Translations under genes and position numbers: made by a program
The notes under the pieces: model-generated
Told to the model about the DNA's origin: nothing
The model's input: the letters and a program-made list of their open reading frames with translations, nothing else
Database searches by the model: none
Assembly: GCA_002633005.1 (NCBI GenBank)
Contig: NMRA01000068.1
Span: 452,259 to 516,258, forward strand
DNA: 64,000 nucleotides
Direction: 5' to 3'
From: Phoronis australis
Taxonomy: Eukaryota; Animalia; Phoronida
Shown: positions 25,995 to 64,000 of the stretch, piece by piece
Layout of the letters: the number at the start of each line of letters is the position of its first letter
How positions within the stretch are numbered: the stretch's first letter is position 1

Positions 25995-26128
25995 TTTCGA
26001 CGTCGTTTCTCTCCTTCAAATAAGAAGATTTCCAGTTCGCGCATGCGCAAAAAACATAGCAACATGAAATCAACCGCTGAGATGGTTTTCAGATTTTGCA
26101 GTTTTTGGTGAACAATTGGCAGGCAAGT
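25985..26128. promoter_or_regulatory. Putative SMPD4 promoter, possibly bidirectional with EFCAB5
   Basis: NRF1-type palindrome GCGCATGCGC at 26039-26048; YY1-type AAAATGGCGGC over the SMPD4 ATG; RFX half-site CATAGCAAC at 26055-26063; plus-strand CAG/GCAAGT GC-donor at 26122/26123. Confidence 0.55.
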
Positions 26129-26472
26129 ATAAGCAATATAAAAAAACGTACTTGTTATCTTGTTACTAAAGACACCTGTGTTTAACTACCAAAAATTAGA
26201 AGACTGTTTTTGCTTTTTAGCTCAGAATATATGCGAAAGCTGAACCAGAAATTAGGCAGCAAAAAGGCAGTGTGGCACCGACACGGTCTCGACTGCCTTC
26301 CATACGCCGGAAGCTGTTCTGCGAATTATGCCTCACACTGATTAAACTATCAAAGTCGTGAACCTTTTGCGCATGGAAGTGTAGTAATAACCGAGATTAC
26401 CCGATCTCAGGAATCGAACCAGCGACCCCCATAAAACCAGCAAGCGTGCTAACCAACCATTCAGCTAATAGG

Positions 26473-27966
26473 TAGGGAGGACAACGTTTTTTAAATTTTT
26501 TTTACAATACCCATGTGTCATACATTTTTGAAAAGCCCTTGGTGTGAGAAATGAAATGGTACAAAAATCAGAAAAATTGGATGAGCGGTTGACGAGAAAA
26601 TGGCCGTTGAAACGTGACGATTATGCGTAAAATATCTGCCTTTTTACATAATTTCGTAAAAAATAAAAGAATATATATGTGCTGCATATAAAAAGATTCG
26701 TCTAATTGAGACAAACATGGTGGTATGTATTATATAAAATTTGGATCGATTTCTACAGAGATATTGCTGTTTAAGTGTGTTGTTATACAATGTTATAGCA
26801 TATAGAACAGGCTCATCTTGTTTGATGAAAACAATGGATTACACAGCTTAAAAGATAAAGAGCAAAGACACCACATCAGCTCAGAAATAAATACATCTGA
26901 GCTAGGAGGAAATTTCACATCAAATCACAAGATCACATTGGTGGATTTGGGGGGGCAAGGGGGCCTGGCCCGTGCCCCCCTAAAACTCCCATATTATTTC
27001 ATTTGGCAGTTTGAGGGTGCAAATATCTTACGGATAAAATCCTGCGTAATACTCTGCCCTGCCCCCCCCCTTCTATCTAAAAATCCTAGATCTGCCCCTG
27101 AATACTACTACATGGGCAACACATCATTGCCCGACAGTGACAGGGGGCTGGGGGAGGCCACACTGGCTCCCCACTTTTTTCAGTGCTGGGTGCCACCCAT
27201 GTACTATTAAATTGTATCATGGCAAAAAACATCAGAAAGTAGACAAAAGACCATTTGGGAAAACAAATCACTCTTAACATAAAGGATTTCATCATTTACG
27301 CAACAAAAACTTTGTAACAACTTTATTTCGAACGGTGAAGTTGCGATGCCATTGAACTTCAACGTAGCCGATGGTGGCGCTGACATGCGGCGACTTAGTG
27401 AACTAACGACTGCTGTTTGAAAAGTGCCAATGCGCAGCAGTTTGACAGAATTTCTGAAAATTAAATAATTACCAATTAAAAGAGTGATAAATTCCTCATC
27501 TAAAAATCGGGGGGGCATATTGCGCAACTGGAAAAACATCAATCTCCCGACCGACCAAAATTAGGCCTTCCGGACGATCGAAAACTCGCCATGAAAACTT
27601 GGCCTTGACTTCAAGAAAACAACTTGAGGAGATGCGCACGCATCTAAACTACATCCTGTCCAAATTTCATGTTTGTATTTGAGAGTATAGTGCTCTTTTG
27701 GATAGGAGGAACAAGAGGTACTTTTTCGAAAGTTGATCGCATGGCGGAAAATCGTGCGCTAAAAAAAGCTTACAAAAAATGATTTATCAGCGCTATTTTG
27801 ATACAAAAAGATTACAAACTTACAAATAAAGACTAAGGTAACGATTTATAACACAAAATTGTCTTATAGTTAACTCTGAAGTCTGAAATCGGGTAATTTA
27901 CCGACGTGGGTTTTACACGGAGGCAGATATGGAGCACCGTGACCTACTTTTTGATTGTCCTCCCTA
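26473..27966. mobile_element. Non-autonomous TIR transposon, 1494 bp, with a 7-bp TSD
   Basis: Perfect TIRs TAGGGAGGACAA / TTGTCCTCCCTA; TSD TAATAGG at 26466-26472 and 27967-27973. The other LTR preserves the empty site. Confidence 0.9.
26935..27100. mobile_element. Short MITE of the same terminal type, nested in the 7-bp-TSD transposon
   Basis: cattggtggatttggggggg ... aaaatcctagatctgcccctg. Confidence 0.6.
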
Positions 27967-29088
27967 TAATAGGCAATTACCCGTTAGTGAGTGGCTAACA
28001 GAGGCTCATATATGATTCACTGGAAGCACTTTCACAACATTCCCCCCTTTCCTACGGAACGGGCATGCCACCAGGAAGTTGAACACCAGGATGTCACCCA
28101 TACGTGACGTCATCAACGTCCCTTGCTATTTTTACCACCACAACACCAATGAACATAAGGTAGTCTCTCATACTCAGCTGGTCCTTGACTCCTTCAACCT
28201 TCCATGGGCGTCGTCCCAAGGTCCGCGGGTACTAGTTGGCAGTGCTTCATCGGTATCCGTTTTCCGACTACGCCATTTGTAGTTATAGCCGAGATTACCC
28301 GACCTCGGGAATCGAACCAGCGACCCCCATAAAACCGGCAAGCGTGCTAACCATTCAGCTAATAGGCAATTACCCATTGGTGATTGGCTAACAGAGGCTC
28401 ATATATGATTCATCGGAAGCACTTTCACAACAGTGGGACACATTAGGAAGCCGTTGATAATTACCGAGTTTCCCCATACCCCATTACGGCGTTTTCCCGT
28501 TGATCCCAACTTGTTGGATTCTATAGCCCAACAACAGGTTGGGAAGATAACCCCAAAAGACAACATCTTACATGAGGGATTACCTCCATTCTGGCATTTA
28601 TGGTTGGAGGGCCAGCTCTCTTTTGTTCGATAATTGCTCTGTCTGTCCGATTCTGTCCGCGGCAGACAAATTAATCCAGTGTCTGTGGTGGTTTGATTGC
28701 GGGTAGGAATTTGTCAGTTCCCTCGGCCATGTCGGTATCGTTGTAGAATGTCTCCAACACTAAAATCAGTGTTCCACTGGCTTTAACTCTAAAACCAATG
28801 AGTTCGCTGCCACCATGTATGAAAACCTCTTTCAAACACAACTCTGTGTTACGGTTTTACGTGCAGGGTTGGATTCAAAGATCTACAAGATACATCTATT
28901 CACTATGATGTCTAACTCTCAACTGAAAACTTGTTTGTCAGAACTAAAGATCATATGCTCATGAGTCATAATCAGATTTCAGAGAATTGTTTTGCACAAC
29001 TTACACACAATCTATGATTTTAGCTACCAGTGCCATATAAGGTTGTGTTTTGAACTCTGCAAGTTTAATGAAAACCACGAACATAACA

Positions 29089-30354
29089 AGGAGAACCCAA
29101 ATCTGTGTTGTTTAGGCTTGTGATTTTTTGAGTTCTAGACACACTAAACGCTTGTTATCCTGGCCAGTGGCTCGGAGCCCGATCAGGCCCGTCGTGGCTG
29201 GCCGAATTGACTCGATCTTTATCCCGGCCAGTGACTCAGAAACTGGTCAGACATCATGAACATAAACCAGCCAAAGTTGTAAGCTAAACTTCCAGTCAAG
29301 AAAATAAGTGAGCTAAAGTAATGCGCACGTGATTATGTTGGTGAATTACCCACGAAACTTCAAATCTACTTACTCGTCGGGAGCCGCGAATTTAGGTTCC
29401 ACTTTGGCCACAGCACCGTCAGGACAGAAGTTGTATATTGACAATCATTATTTTAATTATGTAAATGTAAGTAAAGACTCCCCTAACACCAAGCCGTGGG
29501 ATGGAAATCGATTGAGTTGTTTCACAACAGTTTCTGCCAGCAAACACTAAATTAGAATTAGCTCACATGGTCTCGGTTTCCCGTCAATTAGTTTTATTGC
29601 ACCTAAAGCTGGTAACACAGTGATTTATTCATTGCTGGCTTCTCAAATCATTTGCACTCATGAACACTACAAAGGCATTACAAATTGCATCTAATGAAGC
29701 AGACTTTCTTTCAGTTTTATATAAGTATTGGTTAGGGTAAGAATAATTCATTTTGAAACAGAATGCTCAGTAATAAACATCAACATGCCAACTCGCAATC
29801 CTGACTTAGATGAGAGCTCATCAGTCGATCCCTGCGAAGACTTCGCAGGTGGATCGTTATAGTTTCACAGGCTATCAATTCGAACAGGAATACAGTGATG
29901 AAGAAATACTAGGGAGGCGCCGTGAACAAGCTAGACAAGGGAACGTATGGATTGGGTAGTTATTTGGTAAGCCGACATTCGTCAGGCACTGTCGACGACT
30001 GCAGGCCACAGACATGGAGATGTTTCACGGCCTCATACTTGCTATTTACAGTGTACTTTTCATTCTTCACTACCACGAGCCACTTCCTAAGCATTTCGGT
30101 CTCTCGAGGAAGTCGAAAAAAACTACCCGCTTTCCTCGCAGCTGCATAGTTCGGACAAGCGGGAATGATGCACCGCAACATAGCGGCATTCACTCTGCAG
30201 ATGAACCACTGACGTCGCTAGCATCATTTCTCACCTTCCTCACAGGTCAACGCGACACCTTTTGGCAAGATAAGGTCGACCGTATGCGAGGCGATGTAGA
30301 TATAGACCAATTAAGATGGCAAAAAAGACTAATTAAATCGGGTGTCATTCTCCT
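29089..30354 (-). mobile_element. Kolobok-type element A (THAP remnant on minus, KolX start on plus), internally deleted
   Basis: Track ORF 29960..30193 CIIPACPN...SFFRLP...KWL...VC is a THAP finger; GYQFEQEY remnant downstream of the ATG at 29785; ends aggagaa / ttctcct. Confidence 0.75.
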
Positions 30355-30358
30355 TGAA

Positions 30359-32039
30359 AGGACAATGCCACCCGATTTAATTAGTCTTTTTTACCGTATG
30401 AATTGGTCTGTAGCCACATCGGCTCGTACACGGTCGATCTTACCTTGCTGAGAGGTGTCACGTTAACCTGTGAGGAAGGTGAGAAACTTGGTAGCGACAT
30501 CAGTGGTTAATCTGCAGAGTGAGTGCCACCATGGTGTGGTGTGACGTTCCCGCTTGTGCGAACTATGAAGCTGCGAGGAAAGCTGGTACATTGTTTTTTC
30601 GATTTTCTTGAGAGCCGGAAATGCTTTGAAAGTGGCTTGCGGCAGTGAAAAATGAAAAGTACGGCATTCATACCTAGTTCGAGGCCGTGAAACATCTCTG
30701 TGTCTGTGGCCGGCGTTTTGTGGACAGTGATTTCACTGATGAATCCCGGCTTGCCAAACAGCAGGGCAGAAAAAGCGACCTAGGCTGAAGTCTGCTGTGC
30801 CTAGTGTGTTTGCATTCGGCAGGCCCACCCCTATATTTTAGCCTGGGTCCGAGTATGTTATATAACCTGTCTGGTGACTTACTCGTTCCTCAGGCTTCCG
30901 TTTGCTCCTCTGGGTGTAGGATGTTTTCGCCAGTTCTTTTTACCAGGCCCTGAAAAACGTTATGAGCACACCTCTGTTCAGATAAGGTGCAAAATCAGGA
31001 TGATCTGTGAGACACATTTCTGCTTCTCCAAGAATTAAAGCGTTTCACATGTTGAATTCGTGGCAAAAAACACAGGCATCAGTCATTTCCATTATCATGC
31101 AGTTAGCGCACTGACACCATGACAAGTCATTGAGTCGGTTTTCGGAACTATCCAAATGCTCCATTGTGTGTCCACGTTCATGGCACCTCTCTAATATTTC
31201 TTGATCAGTGTATTCTGGTTCGAACTGATATCCTGAGAGTAACGATCTACCTTGGAGGTCTTTGTCAGATGAGTACTCCTCCAAGTCGGAATTGCGAGTT
31301 GCCATGTTGACGTTTATTACTGAGCGTTCTGTTTCAAAATGAATTATTCTCACCCTAACCAATACTTCAGTCTGATGTAAAACTGAAACAAAGTCCGTCT
31401 CATTAGATACAATTTTTAATGCCTTTGGAGTGTTCGTGAGTGCAAATGCAAGATTTGAGAAGCCAGCGATGAATGGACCACTGCTTTACCGACTTTAGGT
31501 GCAATAAAACTAAGTTGATCGGACACTGAGGCCGTGTGAGCGCATGGTAATTCAGTGTTTGCTGACAGAAACTGTTGTGAAACGGTAACTCGATTTCCAT
31601 CCCACGGACAGGTGTTAGGGGAATCTTTATTTACATTTACATTACTCAAATAATGATTGTCAATGTGCAACTTCTGCCCTGATGGTTATGTGGCCAAAGG
31701 GAAACCTGAATTTGCGGCCCCAGACGAGTAAGTATGATTTGCAGTTTCGTGGCTTAAATTCGTCAACATAATCACATGCACATCACTTCTGTGGTTCACT
31801 AGTATAGTATTTTCCTGACTGCAAGTTTAGTTTTCAACTTTGGCTGGTTTATGTTCGTGATGTCTTCAGTCCGGTCGCGACAAGCCTGATCAGTTTCCGA
31901 GCCACTGGCCGGGATACGAGTCAGTCTGGCCGCGACGGGCCTGATCGGGGTCTGAGCCACATGGCCGGGATAACAAGCGTTTTGTGTGTTAAGAACTCAA
32001 AAAGTCACAAGTCTAAACAACACAGACCTAGGTTCTCCT
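30359..32039 (+). mobile_element. Kolobok-type element B (THAP remnant on plus, KolX/P2X7-ballast-like remnant on minus)
   Basis: From 30531: CDVPACAN...KWL...VCGRRF..DF...RLKSAVPSVF, a broken THAP. Minus strand from 31305: GYQFEPEY...RLNDLSWCQCANCMIM...CVFCHE...CLTDHPDF..YLNRGVL. Confidence 0.78.
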
Positions 32040-33140
32040 GTCTGTATTTCATGGAAGAATACTTCAAATTTATATCCCCGAACAGACCCCAAAACTCCTG
32101 CTACGGACCTTGGTAAATTGGCCTGCCAAACTTTGTAGGCTTCGGTGTGTTCAAATACCAATAAATCCAGTGAAATAAAACAACACGTTTTTACAAGAAC
32201 TCGGTGTAGTTTTAAGGGTTTTACATTGAAGTTTTATGATTTTTTGGTGTTAAACGATGAATTCAAGCGAGAAGCTGACTCCAGTAACCTGTGCTATGAA
32301 CTGCTGAACAGACTGCGTATGAAACCAATGACGTCATTGGATAATTTCAACACCTCCGTCTTCCATCAGGTGTTAGGTAATGCAACTGAATGTGCAGTTA
32401 TTGACTAGAACTACTCGATCTAATGGCAGACAGAGGTGTTGAAATTAACCAATGACGAGATCGTAATGCATCTCAAATATAGCGAATAACGGGGATTGAA
32501 CAATTACGTTAACACATAATCTGGAGACAATTTAGTCAAGATATATCCAAGAAAATCTATCGCGGTTTGTTGGAGCTTCCCTCACCGAGTGCCAATTTGA
32601 GGAAGGTACGCGCAAAGTCATGTCTGCTGATGAACAAAACGTCCAAGAGACACAAATCCTTCAACTCCACTGTGGATATAATCTTTCCATCAGATGATAC
32701 TTTTTGCAAGTGACGAGCCAGGTCATGCTCAGTCTCGCGATTGTCCTTGCCTAACACGCGCGATGTCAATTGAAATACTTTGTGGTTATCGTACGCCCTT
32801 AAAAAGTTAATAGCGTTAAAGCAGAGTTGGAATTCTTCGTCACAGTCATTTGATCCTTGTGGTATTTGGGATTTTGTAATACAGTGTTACTTAATTGGGA
32901 AAATGGAAAATTGAGATGTGTAAATTCATCAAAATTTTCTTTTGTTCATCACAAAATATTGTAAGATATTTTGCAAGATATGTTGACTGTGTAAATCTGT
33001 GGTTTAAACCTGGTGCAGTGTACAGAAATGCATGATTCCACAATCAAAAATTGCCAGCATGGACAAGTTTGTGGGTAATACTCATACTTGCTTTATTAAC
33101 CAATTTTGTTTTCTTCACCATTATTGTATGATAGGCAACA

Positions 33141-63758
<30,618 letters not shown>

Positions 63759-64000
63759 TGAATAATTCCGAAACCTTATGTTGCTAGGACTTTGAAGATA
63801 TTATATTATATTGCAGAACAACTAAAAATGGCTGTTTAGCTTACTGTTCTGAGACACAGAGAGCCTAGAGAACTGCAGTTTGGTTCCTTTACGTCGTAGG
63901 TCAAATTTAACATTACTTGTTATTCAATTGATATCTCACTCAATATTATTTTGACTGTGAAAAGTTAACATGTTGTACAGCTAATGTGTTATTTAAGTTC

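Larger units (their letters stand above)
26380..28432 (-). mobile_element. TRIM (miniature LTR element) with tRNA-like sequence inside its LTRs (Helenus-like); 3' LTR split by a DNA transposon
   Basis: 5' LTR 28432-28278 (TG...CA, 155 bp) with A box TAGCTGAATGG and B box GGTTCGATTCC; PBS TGGCGTAGTCGG at 28275-28264; PPT aaaggggggaa at 28050-28040; 3' LTR 28039-27967 plus 26472-26380. Confidence 0.85.

Noticed and set aside
27340-27730. CpG-rich EFCAB5 promoter or first exon
   Set aside because: It lies wholly within the TIR element 26473-27966; exaptation cannot be shown from sequence.
28278-28370. Functional tRNA gene (also 9248-9350, 10855-10975, 26380-26472, 62460-62525)
   Set aside because: A and B boxes are present, but there is no convincing acceptor stem, anticodon arm or terminator; the sequences are embedded in repeats.
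30880-31362. Host P2X7 purinoceptor or THAP transcription-factor gene
   Set aside because: Only the Cys-rich ballast-like part and broken THAP frames are present, inside terminal repeats. This is Kolobok cargo.
32217-32798. CCAAT/CRE-rich segment as the EFCAB5 promoter
   Set aside because: It is bounded by ttaa-ggg and ccc-ttaa, suggesting a TTAA MITE. Kept only as an alternative first-exon hypothesis.

Overview
Eukaryotic genomic DNA from a bilaterian invertebrate, not a prokaryote; most short ORFs in the supplied track are noise, exon fragments or transposon fragments. Two spliced genes diverge from a shared region near 26.0 kb. SMPD4 (neutral sphingomyelinase-3) is on the minus strand: 9 coding exons from 25994 down to 8183, 310 codons, with a U12-type intron, continuing off the left edge. 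EFCAB5 is on the plus strand: 15 coding exons from 33141 to 63686, 1081 codons, continuing off the right edge. I assembled both by hand from splice signals and phase continuity and named them from remembered similarity to the human proteins. The introns are packed with nested mobile DNA: two decayed Gypsy elements, two L1/Tx1 fragments, a hAT remnant, a probable Academ fragment, Kolobok-type elements, MITEs, tRNA-SINE heads and two families of Helentron-type (HINE/DINE-1-like) elements. Most notable: (1) a HINE family whose ~146-bp monomers each carry a CTCF-consensus motif, in convergent arrays on both sides of the shared promoter; (2) ~21 copies of a 38-bp repeat made from an SMPD4 splice acceptor plus exon start; (3) a miniature LTR element with tRNA-type Pol III boxes inside its LTRs; (4) a 3-kb imperfect palindrome of two sister Kolobok elements (THAP + KolX). 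Duplications across single n characters at 6294 and 56055 look like assembly artefacts.
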